A stretch of DNA of 64,000 nucleotides. Source: Escherichia coli O127:H6 str. E2348/69. Lineage in GTDB: Bacteria > Pseudomonadota > Gammaproteobacteria > Enterobacterales > Enterobacteriaceae. The position numbers were made by a program, and so were the translations under genes. The notes under the pieces are model-generated. The model did no database searches and had not been told where the DNA came from. It was given only the letters and a program-made list of their open reading frames with translations. Within the stretch, counting starts at the first letter, position 1. Each line of letters begins with the position of its first letter. Location: NCBI RefSeq assembly GCF_000026545.1, contig NC_011601.1. One strand, 5' to 3'. Of this stretch, positions 1 through 13,218 are shown piece by piece.

Positions 1-179
1 TTCACTCACCCCAGTCACTTACTTAATGTAAGCTCCTGGGGACTCATTCAGTTGCCATCTCGATGCATCTTGAATGATTTTGTGTATAGATTATGTCATC
101 CATCAAGGAGGGTAAAGGTTGCAGGGAGAGCGCCCCGGCACTAGACTACCCGCCTCTTATTTTAGTCTGAGTCAGTGTC

Positions 180-1250
180 ATGCGCGTTACCGATTTCTCT
201 TTTGAATTGCCCGAATCCCTGATTGCCCACTATCCCATGCCTGAACGCAGTAGCTGTCGTTTACTGTCGCTGGACGGGCCGACGGGCGCGCTGACGCACG
301 GTACTTTCACCGATTTACTCGATAAGCTCAACCCCGGCGATCTTCTGGTTTTTAATAATACCCGCGTGATCCCGGCGCGTCTGTTTGGGCGTAAAGCCAG
401 CGGCGGCAAGATTGAAGTGCTGGTTGAGCGGATGCTCGACGACAAACGCATTCTTGCGCATATTCGCGCCTCGAAAGCGCCAAAACCTGGCGCAGAACTG
501 CTGCTGGGCGATGACGAACGTATTAACGCAACAATGACCGCGCGCCACGGCGCACTGTTTGAAGTCGAATTTAATGATCAACGTTCGGTGCTGGATATTC
601 TCAACAGCATCGGCCATATGCCGCTGCCGCCGTACATCGACCGTCCGGACGAAGATGCAGACCGCGAACTTTATCAAACGGTTTATAGCGAAAAACCCGG
701 CGCGGTAGCAGCACCGACCGCCGGACTGCACTTTGACGAACCTTTGCTGGAAAAATTACGCGCCAAAGGCGTGGAGATGGCGTTTGTGACGTTGCACGTT
801 GGTGCGGGCACCTTCCAGCCGGTGCGCGTCGACACCATTGAAGATCACATCATGCACTCGGAATACGCTGAAGTGCCGCAGGATGTGGTAGACGCGGTAC
901 TGGCGGCGAAAGCGCGCGGTAACCGGGTGATTGCGGTTGGTACCACCTCAGTACGTTCGCTGGAAAGTGCGGCTCAGGCAGCGAAAAACGATCTCATTGA
1001 ACCGTTCTTTGACGATACCCAAATCTTTATCTATCCGGGTTTCCAGTACAAAGTGGTCGATGCGCTGGTGACGAACTTCCACCTTCCGGAATCGACGCTG
1101 ATTATGCTGGTTTCGGCATTTGCTGGTTATCAACACACCATGAATGCCTATAAAGCGGCGGTAGAAGAGAAATATCGCTTTTTTAGTTACGGTGATGCGA
1201 TGTTTATCACGTACAATCCGCAGGCAATTAATGAGCGCGTTGGGGAGTAA
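180..1250 (+). CDS. queA: S-adenosylmethionine:tRNA ribosyltransferase-isomerase
   Basis: 356-aa ORF recognised as QueA over full length; directly upstream of tgt as in E. coli. Confidence 0.95.
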   Translation: MRVTDFSFELPESLIAHYPMPERSSCRLLSLDGPTGALTHGTFTDLLDKLNPGDLLVFNNTRVIPARLFGRKASGGKIEVLVERMLDDKRILAHIRASKAPKPGAELLLGDDERINATMTARHGALFEVEFNDQRSVLDILNSIGHMPLPPYIDRPDEDADRELYQTVYSEKPGAVAAPTAGLHFDEPLLEKLRAKGVEMAFVTLHVGAGTFQPVRVDTIEDHIMHSEYAEVPQDVVDAVLAAKARGNRVIAVGTTSVRSLESAAQAAKNDLIEPFFDDTQIFIYPGFQYKVVDALVTNFHLPESTLIMLVSAFAGYQHTMNAYKAAVEEKYRFFSYGDAMFITYNPQAINERVGE

Positions 1251-1289
1251 TTCCGCGGCGCTGGTTTAAACGTTGGACTGTTTTTCTGA

Positions 1290-2432
<1,143 letters not shown>

Positions 2433-2454
2433 TATTAATAATGAGGGAAATTTA

Positions 2455-2787
2455 ATGAGCTTTTTTATTTCTGATGCGGTAGCGGCAACGGGTGCACCGG
2501 CGCAAGGTAGCCCGATGTCTTTGATTTTGATGCTGGTGGTATTCGGTCTGATTTTCTATTTCATGATCCTGCGTCCACAGCAGAAGCGCACCAAAGAACA
2601 CAAAAAGCTGATGGACTCCATCGCTAAAGGTGATGAAGTGCTGACGAACGGTGGCCTGGTCGGTCGCGTAACCAAAGTAGCGGAAAACGGCTACATTGCT
2701 ATCGCACTGAATGACACCACTGAAGTAGTTATTAAACGTGACTTCGTAGCTGCCGTTCTGCCGAAAGGCACCATGAAGGCGCTGTAA
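2455..2787 (+). CDS. yajC: Sec translocon accessory subunit YajC
   Basis: ORF 2425..2787; start placed at internal ATG 2455 (MSFFISDAVAA...) to give the ~110-aa YajC. Confidence 0.9.
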   Translation: MSFFISDAVAATGAPAQGSPMSLILMLVVFGLIFYFMILRPQQKRTKEHKKLMDSIAKGDEVLTNGGLVGRVTKVAENGYIAIALNDTTEVVIKRDFVAAVLPKGTMKAL

Positions 2788-2814
2788 TTAAAATTTTTCC
2801 CTAAGGGAATTGCC

Positions 2815-4662
2815 GTGTTAAACCGTTATCCTTTGTGGAAGTACGTCATGCTGATCGTGGTGATTGTCATCGGTCTGCTGTATGCGCTTCCCAACCTGTT
2901 TGGTGAGGATCCGGCTGTTCAGATCACTGGTGCGCGCGGAGTCGCCGCCAGTGAGCAAACGCTGATCCAGGTCCAGAAAACGTTACAAGAAGAAAAAATA
3001 ACTGCTAAGTCTGTGGCACTGGAAGAGGGCGCTATTCTTGCGCGCTTCGACTCCACTGACACCCAGCTGCGCGCTCGTGAAGCATTAATGGGCGTTATGG
3101 GTGACAAATACGTCGTGGCGCTTAACCTTGCCCCGGCAACGCCGCGCTGGCTGGCAGCTATTCATGCTGAGCCGATGAAGCTCGGCCTTGACCTGCGTGG
3201 CGGCGTTCACTTCCTGATGGAAGTGGATATGGACACCGCGCTTGGCAAACTCCAGGAACAAAATATCGATAGCCTGCGCAGCGACCTGCGTGAAAAGGGC
3301 ATCCCGTATACCACCGTTCGTAAAGAAAACAACTACGGCCTGAGCATCACTTTCCGCGATGCTAAAGCTCGTGATGAAGCCATTGCGTATCTGAGCAAGC
3401 GCCATCCGGACCTGGTGATTAGCAGCCAGGGCAGCAACCAGCTGCGTGCGGTAATGAGCGATGCTCGTCTGAGTGAAGCGCGTGAATATGCGGTGCAGCA
3501 GAACATCAATATCCTGCGTAACCGTGTAAACCAACTTGGCGTGGCGGAGCCGGTGGTTCAGCGTCAGGGTGCTGACCGTATCGTTGTTGAACTGCCAGGT
3601 ATTCAGGACACTGCGCGTGCGAAAGAGATTCTGGGTGCGACGGCAACGCTGGAATTCCGTCTGGTAAACACCAACGTTGATCAGGCCGCTGCGGCATCCG
3701 GTCGCGTACCGGGCGACTCTGAAGTGAAACAGACCCGCGAAAGTCAGCCGGTTGTGCTGTACAAACGCGTAATTCTGACCGGTGACCATATCACCGACTC
3801 CACTTCCAGCCAGGACGAATACAACCAGCCGCAGGTTAACATCTCGCTCGATAGCGCGGGTGGTAACATCATGTCTAACTTCACCAAGGACAACATCGGC
3901 AAACCGATGGCAACCCTGTTTGTGGAGTACAAAGACAGCGGTAAGAAAGATGCAAACGGTCGTGCGGTTCTGGTGAAACAGGAAGAGGTGATTAATATCG
4001 CCAACATCCAGTCTCGTCTGGGTAACAGCTTCCGTATTACTGGCATCAATAACCCAAGCGAAGCGCGTCAGCTTTCACTGCTGCTGCGTGCCGGTGCGTT
4101 GATCGCGCCGATTCAGATTGTTGAAGAACGTACCATTGGCCCAACCCTGGGTATGCAGAACATTGAGCAGGGGCTGGAGGCTTGCCTTGCTGGTCTGCTG
4201 GTTTCTATTCTGTTCATGATCATCTTCTATAAGAAGTTTGGTCTGATTGCGACCAGTGCTCTGATTGCCAACTTGATCTTGATTGTCGGTATTATGTCGC
4301 TGTTGCCAGGCGCAACGCTGAGTATGCCAGGTATCGCGGGTATCGTCTTAACCCTTGCGGTAGCGGTCGATGCGAACGTACTGATCAACGAACGTATTAA
4401 AGAAGAGTTGAGCAACGGACGTACTGTTCAACAGGCAATTGATGAAGGTTATCGTGGCGCATTCAGTTCCATCTTCGATGCGAACATCACCACGCTGATT
4501 AAAGTCATCATCCTGTATGCAGTGGGTACCGGGGCAATTAAAGGGTTCGCGATTACTACCGGTATCGGTGTGGCGACGTCGATGTTTACCGCGATTGTCG
4601 GTACGCGTGCCATCGTAAACCTGCTATATGGCGGCAAGCGCGTCAAGAAGCTGTCAATCTGA
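2815..4662 (+). CDS. secD: protein translocase subunit SecD
   Basis: 615-aa ORF with GTG start, recognised as SecD. Confidence 0.95.
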   Translation: MLNRYPLWKYVMLIVVIVIGLLYALPNLFGEDPAVQITGARGVAASEQTLIQVQKTLQEEKITAKSVALEEGAILARFDSTDTQLRAREALMGVMGDKYVVALNLAPATPRWLAAIHAEPMKLGLDLRGGVHFLMEVDMDTALGKLQEQNIDSLRSDLREKGIPYTTVRKENNYGLSITFRDAKARDEAIAYLSKRHPDLVISSQGSNQLRAVMSDARLSEAREYAVQQNINILRNRVNQLGVAEPVVQRQGADRIVVELPGIQDTARAKEILGATATLEFRLVNTNVDQAAAASGRVPGDSEVKQTRESQPVVLYKRVILTGDHITDSTSSQDEYNQPQVNISLDSAGGNIMSNFTKDNIGKPMATLFVEYKDSGKKDANGRAVLVKQEEVINIANIQSRLGNSFRITGINNPSEARQLSLLLRAGALIAPIQIVEERTIGPTLGMQNIEQGLEACLAGLLVSILFMIIFYKKFGLIATSALIANLILIVGIMSLLPGATLSMPGIAGIVLTLAVAVDANVLINERIKEELSNGRTVQQAIDEGYRGAFSSIFDANITTLIKVIILYAVGTGAIKGFAITTGIGVATSMFTAIVGTRAIVNLLYGGKRVKKLSI

Positions 4663-4672
4663 GGAGTGCGAT

Positions 4673-5644
4673 GTGGCACAGGAATATACTGTTGAACAAC
4701 TAAACCACGGCCGTAAAGTCTATGACTTTATGCGCTGGGACTACTGGGCTTTCGGCATCTCTGGTCTGCTGTTAATCGCCGCTATCGTTATTATGGGCGT
4801 GCGCGGCTTTAACTGGGGGCTGGATTTTACCGGTGGTACGGTTATTGAAATTACGCTCGAAAAACCGGCTGAAATTGACGTAATGCGTGATGCATTGCAA
4901 AAAGCCGGTTTTGAAGAGCCGATGCTGCAAAACTTTGGTAGCAGCCACGACATCATGGTCCGTATGCCGCCTGCTGAAGGCGAAACCGGCGGTCAGGTGC
5001 TGGGCAGCCAGGTTCTGAAGGTGATTAACGAATCCACCAATCAGAATGCGGCAGTGAAGCGTATTGAGTTCGTCGGTCCGAGCGTGGGGGCAGACCTTGC
5101 GCAAACCGGTGCGATGGCGCTGATGGCAGCGCTGCTGTCTATCCTCGTGTACGTTGGTTTCCGCTTTGAGTGGCGACTGGCGGCAGGGGTTGTTATTGCG
5201 CTGGCGCACGACGTTATCATTACGCTGGGTATTTTGTCGTTATTCCATATCGAGATTGACCTGACCATTGTGGCATCGTTGATGTCGGTTATCGGTTACT
5301 CGCTTAACGACAGTATCGTGGTATCGGACCGTATTCGTGAAAACTTCCGCAAGATCCGTCGCGGTACGCCTTACGAAATCTTTAACGTGTCCTTGACCCA
5401 GACGCTGCACCGTACCTTGATCACATCCGGTACTACCTTGATGGTTATCCTGATGCTGTACCTCTTCGGTGGTCCGGTACTGGAAGGCTTCTCGCTGACC
5501 ATGCTTATCGGTGTTTCCATCGGTACTGCATCTTCCATCTATGTGGCATCTGCGCTGGCTCTGAAACTGGGTATGAAGCGCGAACACATGTTGCAGCAGA
5601 AAGTGGAAAAAGAAGGGGCGGATCAGCCGTCAATTCTGCCTTAA
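4673..5644 (+). CDS. secF: protein translocase subunit SecF
   Basis: ORF 4628..5644; start placed at in-frame GTG 4673 (MAQEYTVEQ...) just after the secD stop, giving ~323 aa. Confidence 0.9.
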
Positions 5645-5664
5645 TCAAGTTTCAGCTGATGTTG

Positions 5665-5697
5665 AAAATCCCGGTCAGAAGATCGGGATTTTTTTTG
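5665..5697 (+). terminator. intrinsic terminator after secF
   Basis: hairpin aatcccg/cgggatt followed by a T8 run. Confidence 0.7.
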
Positions 5698-5772
5698 ATG
5701 TAAGGTGATTGCGAAAATCCCCGCATCTTGGGAAACTGCGCGTAACCCTACATTTCATCCAGGTAACTTTTC

Positions 5773-6120
5773 ATGGCTATAATCCCAAAAAACTATGCGC
5801 GGTTAGAAAGCGGCTATCGCGAAAAAGCATTAAAAATCTATCCGTGGGTCTGCGGTCGCTGTTCTCGCGAGTTTGTTTATTCCAACCTGCGTGAACTTAC
5901 CGTTCACCACATTGATCACGACCATACCAATAACCCGGAAGACGGCAGTAACTGGGAGTTATTGTGTCTTTATTGCCACGATCACGAGCATTCAAAATAT
6001 ACCGAAGCAGATCAGTATGGTACGACCGTTATCGCAGGGGAAGATGCGCAGAAAGATGTCGGTGAAGCGAAGTACAACCCATTCGCTGACCTGAAAGCGA
6101 TGATGAACAAGAAGAAGTGA
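5773..6120 (+). CDS. yajD: HNH-nuclease-family protein YajD
   Basis: 115-aa ORF with paired HH/CxxC HNH motifs, recognised as YajD. Confidence 0.9.
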   Translation: MAIIPKNYARLESGYREKALKIYPWVCGRCSREFVYSNLRELTVHHIDHDHTNNPEDGSNWELLCLYCHDHEHSKYTEADQYGTTVIAGEDAQKDVGEAKYNPFADLKAMMNKKK

Positions 6121-6125
6121 TAAAA

Positions 6126-6150
6126 AATGCCGGATATGAAATCCGGCATT
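6126..6150. terminator. bidirectional hairpin between convergent yajD and tsx
   Basis: inverted repeat aatgccggat / atccggcatt between the two stop codons. Confidence 0.6.
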
Positions 6151-6157
6151 CTCACAA

Positions 6158-7042
6158 TTAGAAGTTGTAACCTACTACCAGGTAACCACCCCAGCCGGTA
6201 GAGCGAACGTTGAAGTTGCCGTTGCCGAAGTTCAGTTCTGCATCGTCGTTCCACTGACCACCGTCGTGCCAGTAACGAGCTACGACAGAGTAGTGCCAGT
6301 GATCGTAGTTCAGAGCCAGAATATGGCTGGAAGCGATGGAGTTATTGGTACGGGTCTTAATACCGTTGATTGCATTACCGCTGTCATCCCCTAAATCGGA
6401 ACCCCAGTCGAAGTTGGTGAAGCCGATGTAGCTCAGCTGACCGCCCCACAGATCGGTAATCGGCACAAAGTATTTAATTTTGAAACGGTAACCGTCCCAC
6501 TCGTTTTCATTCGCTGCGCCATAGTTCTGCCACTGGTATTTCGCATAGACGTTCATGGACAGGCTCATCGGCAGGCCAGTATCGATATCGGTACCCAGAC
6601 CCATGTACCAGGTGCTCTGGCGACCATCTTTATTACGACCCATGTCGTAAATGTAGTTGTTCGCGAAGTACCACTCTTTGAACGGACCAAAGCTAAGGTC
6701 AGTATTGGTCAGCTTGTCGATGGAGAAACGTGGTTCGATTTCCATAAACAGCGGAGAACCGTGGTTCCAGATACCTTTTGCATCGGAGTTACCGCCGAAG
6801 AATACCGGCGCATCCGCATAACCATAGAAGTCGAACCAGTCTTTTTTAGCGAATGCTTCGTACTCAAGGTAGGTATCGTTGCGGATCTGCGGTCCGAAAC
6901 GGGTGTGATAGCTTCCGACAACGTTAACGCTCTGGTGCCACCAGTCGGAAAGATACTGCGGTTTGTCGTTTTCAGCTGCGTTGACAGTAAAAGACGAAGA
7001 GAGCGCCAGTACCGCACCGGCTGCCAGTAATGTTTTTTTCAT
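6158..7042 (-). CDS. tsx: nucleoside-specific outer-membrane channel Tsx
   Basis: ORF 6158..7090; start trimmed to ATG 7042 ([22 protein letters not shown] signal peptide). Confidence 0.93.
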
Positions 7043-7340
7043 ATGTATGCCACTGTTTGAAAATCCCTTGCGGGAGTGAAAAAGGCGCAAATTGCGTTTC
7101 TAAATATTTCGTATACAGAGGAGCCTATTATAAAAATCATTGCTCACAAAAATATGTTTCGTTTCACAGTTCTATCATTTACGTAATCGATTGCGTTCAC
7201 GTTTACACACATTCGGGCGGGGATTGTACTGACTTTCACCCTTGTTGCAAACTTTTACTATCAATCCAGGTGATGTAAGCGGAGTAACAAAATGACGGAG
7301 AAAGATGTTGCGGGACGCACAATATAGCCCCGCAATACGT

Positions 7341-7880
7341 TTACTGCATAACAGGTTGAATGTCGTGGATACGTACAAAGCCTAACTGATCCACAGAAAT
7401 ACCCTTTAACTGTAACGGAATATCAACATTGCTGGGGGCGAGGACGCTGGCAGGTGCGTTAATCAATTGATTCTGCACATTGATTTCCTGAAAGTTGTCT
7501 ATTGTTCCCTGAATTTGCCCATATTCAACGGTTCCGCTGAATGCGGGTAAAGGGTCATTAGATTCGCCCTGAATACGTAGCGTCAGGGTGGTGCCATCTG
7601 TATCAGGCGTAATATTCACCAGCGACATACGTAAAGTACCGATCTGGCTTTCCAGTCTTGCTGGTGTTTTTGCTCCAGGCAGAAGGTAAACCCCACTGCT
7701 GGATTTTGCATTCAGCCTGTTTTGCTGAGTGATTTTGACCGTTTCTTTATTGAGCTGCGTCATCTCCTGGTTCAGCGTGCTGACGCTGTGTTTCATCTGT
7801 CGCACTTCACTTTGCTGCACACAGGCGCTAAGGCTGAACAGGCTTCCCAGCAGGAGCAGTCGAAAAACGTTAGTATTCAT
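7341..7880 (-). CDS. yajI: lipoprotein YajI
   Basis: ORF 7341..7940; start trimmed to ATG 7880 (MNTNVF... signal peptide with lipobox LSAC). Confidence 0.85.
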   Translation of the reverse strand: MNTNVFRLLLLGSLFSLSACVQQSEVRQMKHSVSTLNQEMTQLNKETVKITQQNRLNAKSSSGVYLLPGAKTPARLESQIGTLRMSLVNITPDTDGTTLTLRIQGESNDPLPAFSGTVEYGQIQGTIDNFQEINVQNQLINAPASVLAPSNVDIPLQLKGISVDQLGFVRIHDIQPVMQ

Positions 7881-7994
7881 AGGTCGTCCCTTTCTCGTCG
7901 CAATTAGCCTAATGGTAGAGGGTAAAAGCAGTGAAAGCATCGATCCTTTATCTCAAAAGCGTTGCGCCTTTGTTGTATCGTCAGTTCAGGGTAA

Positions 7995-8480
<486 letters not shown>

Positions 8481-8483
8481 GCC

Positions 8484-9587
8484 GTGCAGGACGAGTATTA
8501 CATGGCGCGGGCGCTAAAGCTGGCGCAACGAGGACGTTTTACCACGCATCCCAACCCGAATGTCGGGTGCGTCATTGTCAAAGATGGCGAAATTGTCGGT
8601 GAAGGTTACCATCAACGAGCGGGTGAACCGCATGCCGAGGTACACGCGTTGCGCATGGCCGGCGAAAAAGCCAAAGGCGCAACGGCGTATGTCACACTCG
8701 AACCCTGTAGCCATCATGGTCGTACGCCACCGTGTTGTGATGCGTTAATTGCTGCGGGCGTGGCGCGCGTGGTTGCTGCAATGCAAGACCCCAATCCGCA
8801 GGTCGCTGGACGTGGACTTTACCGTTTGCAACAGGCTGGCATTGACGTCAGCCACGGGCTGATGATGAGTGAAGCTGAGCAATTGAATAATGGCTTTCTC
8901 AAGCGGATGCGCACCGGCTTTCCTTATATTCAGTTAAAACTTGGCGCATCGCTTGATGGTCGCACGGCGATGGCGAGTGGCGAAAGCCAGTGGATCACTT
9001 CACCTCAGGCGCGACGCGACGTACAACGACTGCGCGCGCAAAGTCATGCCATTTTAACCAGCAGCGCCACGGTGCTGGCGGATGATCCAGCCTTAACAGT
9101 GCGTTGGTCTGAACTGGATGAACAAACTCAGGGGCTCTACCCGCAACAAAATCTCCGTCAGCCGGTACGTATTGTGATTGATAGCCAAAATCGCGTGACG
9201 CCGGAACATCGCATTGTGCAGCAGCCCGGCGAAACCTGGTTCGCGCGTACTCAGGATGATTCTCGTGAGTGGCCGGAAACGGTGCGTACCTTGCTGATTC
9301 CAGAGCATAAAGGTCATCTGGATCTGGTTGTACTGATGATGCAACTGGGTAAACAGCAAATTAACAGCATCTGGGTGGAAGCGGGGCCAACGCTCGCTGG
9401 CGCATTGCTACAGGCGGGGTTAGTCGATGAGCTGATTGTCTATATCGCACCTAAACTATTAGGCAGCGACGCCCGTGGATTATGCTTGCTGCCAGGGCTT
9501 GAGAAATTAGCCGACGCCCCCCAATTTAAATTCAAAGAGATACGTCATGTAGGCCCGGATGTTTGCCTGCATTTAGTGGGGGCATGA
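8484..9587 (+). CDS. ribD: riboflavin biosynthesis deaminase/reductase RibD
   Basis: 367-aa ORF with GTG start, recognised as RibD. Confidence 0.93.
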
Positions 9588-9675
9588 TCTCCCGGCTCGA
9601 AAGGGAAGCAGCGCACGAAATATTATGCTAAAATCCGCCCCCCTGCGGGGCCATACTCGAACCCGAAGGAAGAAA

Positions 9676-10146
9676 ATGAACATTATTGAAGCTAACGTTG
9701 CTACCCCGGACGCTCGCGTCGCCATCACCATCGCGCGTTTCAACAACTTTATCAATGACAGCCTGCTGGAAGGTGCAATTGACGCACTGAAACGTATCGG
9801 TCAGGTAAAAGATGAAAACATTACCGTTGTTTGGGTGCCTGGTGCCTATGAGCTGCCGCTGGCGGCGGGTGCACTGGCTAAAACCGGTAAATACGACGCG
9901 GTGATTGCGCTGGGTACGGTTATTCGTGGTGGCACTGCCCACTTTGAATATGTCGCTGGTGGTGCAAGCAACGGCCTGGCGCATGTTGCCCAGGACAGCG
10001 AAATTCCGGTTGCTTTTGGGGTTCTGACCACTGAAAGCATTGAACAAGCGATCGAACGTGCTGGCACCAAAGCTGGCAACAAAGGTGCAGAAGCTGCACT
10101 GACCGCGCTTGAAATGATTAATGTATTGAAAGCCATCAAGGCCTGA
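9676..10146 (+). CDS. ribE: 6,7-dimethyl-8-ribityllumazine synthase
   Basis: ORF 9625..10146; start at ATG 9676 ([17 protein letters not shown]...) giving ~156 aa. Confidence 0.93.
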
Positions 10147-10165
10147 AATTAGTAAGGGGAAATCC

Positions 10166-10585
10166 GTGAAACCTGCTGCTCGTCGCCGCGCTCGTGAGTG
10201 TGCCGTCCAGGCGCTCTACTCCTGGCAGTTGTCCCAGAACGACATCGCTGATGTTGAATACCAGTTCCTGGCTGAACAGGATGTAAAAGACGTTGACGTC
10301 CTGTACTTCCGTGAGCTGCTGGCCGGGGTGGCGACTAACACCGCATACCTCGACGGACTGATGAAGCCGTACCTGTCCCGTCTGCTGGAAGAACTGGGCC
10401 AGGTAGAAAAAGCAGTACTGCGCATTGCGCTGTACGAGCTGTCTAAACGTAGCGATGTGCCATACAAAGTGGCCATTAACGAAGCGATCGAACTGGCGAA
10501 ATCGTTCGGCGCAGAAGACAGCCATAAGTTCGTCAACGGCGTACTCGATAAAGCAGCACCTGTGATTCGCCCTAACAAAAAGTAA
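10166..10585 (+). CDS. nusB: transcription antitermination factor NusB
   Basis: 139-aa ORF with GTG start, recognised as NusB. Confidence 0.95.
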
Positions 10586-10590
10586 TATCC

Positions 10591-10642
10591 AGGCCGGTAG
10601 ATTCACGGAAGACCGTTCCATGATCGCCGGCCTTTTCTTTTT
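10591..10642 (+). terminator. hairpin plus T-run between nusB and thiL
   Basis: ggccgg...ccggcc stem followed by ttttcttttttt. Confidence 0.55.
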
Positions 10643-10662
10643 TACCTGCTGAGGCATAACGT

Positions 10663-11640
10663 ATGGCATGTGGCGAGTTCTCCCTGATTGCCCGTTATTT
10701 TGACCGTGTAAGAAGTTCTCGTCTTGATGTCGAACTGGGCATCGGCGACGATTGCGCTCTTCTCAATATCCCCGAGAAACAGACCCTGGCGATCAGCACT
10801 GATACGCTGGTGGCGGGCAACCACTTCCTCCCTGATATCGATCCTGCTGATCTGGCTTATAAAGCACTGGCGGTGAACCTAAGCGATCTGGCAGCGATGG
10901 GGGCCGATCCGGCCTGGCTGACGCTGGCATTAACCTTACCGGACGTAGACGAAGCGTGGCTTGAGTCCTTCAGAGACAGCTTGTTTGATCTTCTCAATTA
11001 TTACGATATGCAACTCATTGGCGGCGATACCACGCGTGGGCCATTATCAATGACGTTGGGTATCCACGGCTTTGTTCCGATGGGACGAGCCTTAACGCGC
11101 TCTGGGGCGAAACCGGGTGACTGGATCTATGTGACCGGTACACCGGGCGATAGCGCTGCCGGGCTGGCGATTTTGCAAAACCGTTTGCAGGTTGCCGATG
11201 CTAAAGATGCGGACTACTTGATCAAACGTCATCTCCGTCCGTCGCCGCGTATTTTACAGGGGCAGGCACTGCGCGATCTGGCAAATTCAGCTATCGATCT
11301 CTCTGACGGTCTGATTTCCGATCTCGGGCATATCGTGAAAGCCAGCGACTGCGGCGCACGTATTGACCTGGCATTGCTGCCGTTTTCTGATGCGCTTTCT
11401 CGCCATGTTGAACCGGAACAGGCGCTGCGCTGGGCGCTCTCTGGCGGTGAAGATTACGAGTTGTGTTTTACTGTGCCGGAACTGAACCGTGGCGCGCTGG
11501 ATGTAGCTCTCGGACACCTGGGCGTACCGTTTACCTGTATCGGGCAAATGACCGCCGATATCGAAGGGCTTTGTTTTATTCGTGACGGCGAACCTGTCAC
11601 GTTAGACTGGAAAGGATATGACCATTTTGCCACGCCATAA
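10663..11640 (+). CDS. thiL: thiamine-monophosphate kinase
   Basis: 325-aa ORF, recognised as ThiL. Confidence 0.93.
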   Translation: MACGEFSLIARYFDRVRSSRLDVELGIGDDCALLNIPEKQTLAISTDTLVAGNHFLPDIDPADLAYKALAVNLSDLAAMGADPAWLTLALTLPDVDEAWLESFRDSLFDLLNYYDMQLIGGDTTRGPLSMTLGIHGFVPMGRALTRSGAKPGDWIYVTGTPGDSAAGLAILQNRLQVADAKDADYLIKRHLRPSPRILQGQALRDLANSAIDLSDGLISDLGHIVKASDCGARIDLALLPFSDALSRHVEPEQALRWALSGGEDYELCFTVPELNRGALDVALGHLGVPFTCIGQMTADIEGLCFIRDGEPVTLDWKGYDHFATP

Positions 11641-12136
11641 AGATGTCGCGAAAAGTCGCCTGAAGATGAGTAATCCGTGGCATCTGCTTGCTGTCGGATT
11701 CGGAAGTGGATTAAGCCCAATCGTTCCTGGCACGATGGGGTCGCTGGCGGCGATTCCCTTCTGGTATCTGATGACTTTTTTGCCCTGGCAGCTCTATTCG
11801 CTGGTGGTAATGCTGGGGATCTGTATCGGCGTCTATCTTTGTCATCAAACGGCGAAAGACATGGGCGTGCACGATCACGGCAGTATTGTCTGGGACGAAT
11901 TTATTGGTATGTGGATTACGCTCATGGCGCTGCCGACCAATGACTGGCAGTGGGTTACCGCCGGATTTGTGATTTTCCGTATTCTGGATATGTGGAAGCC
12001 GTGGCCGATCCGCTGGTTTGACCGCAATGTACATGGCGGCATGGGGATCATGATAGATGATATTGTCGCCGGGGTGATCTCCGCTGGCATCCTGTATTTT
12101 ATTGGACATCACTGGCCGCTGGGTATTCTGTCGTAG
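11618..12136 (+). CDS. pgpA: phosphatidylglycerophosphatase A
   Basis: 172-aa ORF, recognised as PgpA; overlaps thiL 3' end by 23 nt. Confidence 0.93.
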   Translation: MTILPRHKDVAKSRLKMSNPWHLLAVGFGSGLSPIVPGTMGSLAAIPFWYLMTFLPWQLYSLVVMLGICIGVYLCHQTAKDMGVHDHGSIVWDEFIGMWITLMALPTNDWQWVTAGFVIFRILDMWKPWPIRWFDRNVHGGMGIMIDDIVAGVISAGILYFIGHHWPLGILS

Positions 12137-12189
12137 TTGTGCACCGATGCCTGATGTGACACTTGTCACGTCTCATCAGGCCTGCATAC

Positions 12190-13164
12190 CTATTTAAATC
12201 CTACGACCGGATGCGGTTTATACGGCGTTTCCAGTTCAGCAATCTGTTCCGGCTTTAAAGTGATATCCACCGCGTTCAACAGCTCATCAAGCTGTTCCTC
12301 CCGAGAAGTTCCGATAATCGGTGCGGCAATGCCCGGTTTACTCAACAACCAGGCCAGCGCAACTTGTGCTCGTGTTGTACCGAGTTCTTCACTGACGCCC
12401 GTTAACCGCTCTGCGATCTGCGCGTCATTTTCATCGCTTTCTTTATAGAGATTTTTACCCACCTCATCAGACACCAGTCGTGCGGTGGTTTCTCCCCAAG
12501 GACGCGTCAGGCGGCCCCGCGCCAGCGGGCTCCACGGAATGACCGCCACGCCTTCCTCATAACACAGCGGCAGCATCTCGCGCTCTTCTTCACGATAAAT
12601 CAGATTGTAGTGATCCTGCATACTGACAAACTGCGCCCAGCCGTGCTGTTTTTGTAGTTCCAGTGCTTGAGCAAACTGCGAAGCGTGCATGGATGACGCG
12701 CCGATATAACGCGCTTTCCCGGCTTTTACCACGTCGTTCAGGGCTTCCAGCGTCTCTTCGATCGGCGTGTTGTAATCCCAGCGATGAATTTGCAGGATAT
12801 CGACATAATCCATGCCGAGACGGAGCAGGCTGTCGTCGATAGAGCGCAAAATTTGTGCACGGGATAATCCTTCCGGTAAATCACCAACGCGATGGAACAC
12901 TTTGGTCGCAACGACCACGTCTTCACGACGGGCGAAATCCCGCAGTGCGCGACCGACGATCTCTTCGCTGCTGCCATCGGAATAGCTATTGGCGGTATCA
13001 AAGAAATTTATGCCGCCTTCCAGTGCGCGTTTAATGATGGGACGGCTGCTCTCTTCCGGCAGTGTCCATGCGTGATTACCGCGATCTGGCTCGCCAAAGG
13101 TCATACAGCCGAGGCAAAGTCGGGAAACACGAAGGTCGGTTTTTCCTAAGGGGTTGTATTGCAT
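12190..13164 (-). CDS. yajO: aldo-keto reductase YajO
   Basis: 324-aa ORF of the aldo-keto reductase family, last gene of the xseB-ispA-dxs-yajO cluster. Confidence 0.9.
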   Translation of the reverse strand: MQYNPLGKTDLRVSRLCLGCMTFGEPDRGNHAWTLPEESSRPIIKRALEGGINFFDTANSYSDGSSEEIVGRALRDFARREDVVVATKVFHRVGDLPEGLSRAQILRSIDDSLLRLGMDYVDILQIHRWDYNTPIEETLEALNDVVKAGKARYIGASSMHASQFAQALELQKQHGWAQFVSMQDHYNLIYREEEREMLPLCYEEGVAVIPWSPLARGRLTRPWGETTARLVSDEVGKNLYKESDENDAQIAERLTGVSEELGTTRAQVALAWLLSKPGIAAPIIGTSREEQLDELLNAVDITLKPEQIAELETPYKPHPVVGFK

Positions 13165-13218
13165 GCTGCCACTCCTGCCATGAATAATTTCTTAAGCATA
13201 GCAGGAGTAGAGTAGGGA

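Noticed and set aside
3085-3789. 234-aa minus-strand ORF inside secD
   Set aside because: Antisense to secD; a shadow ORF.
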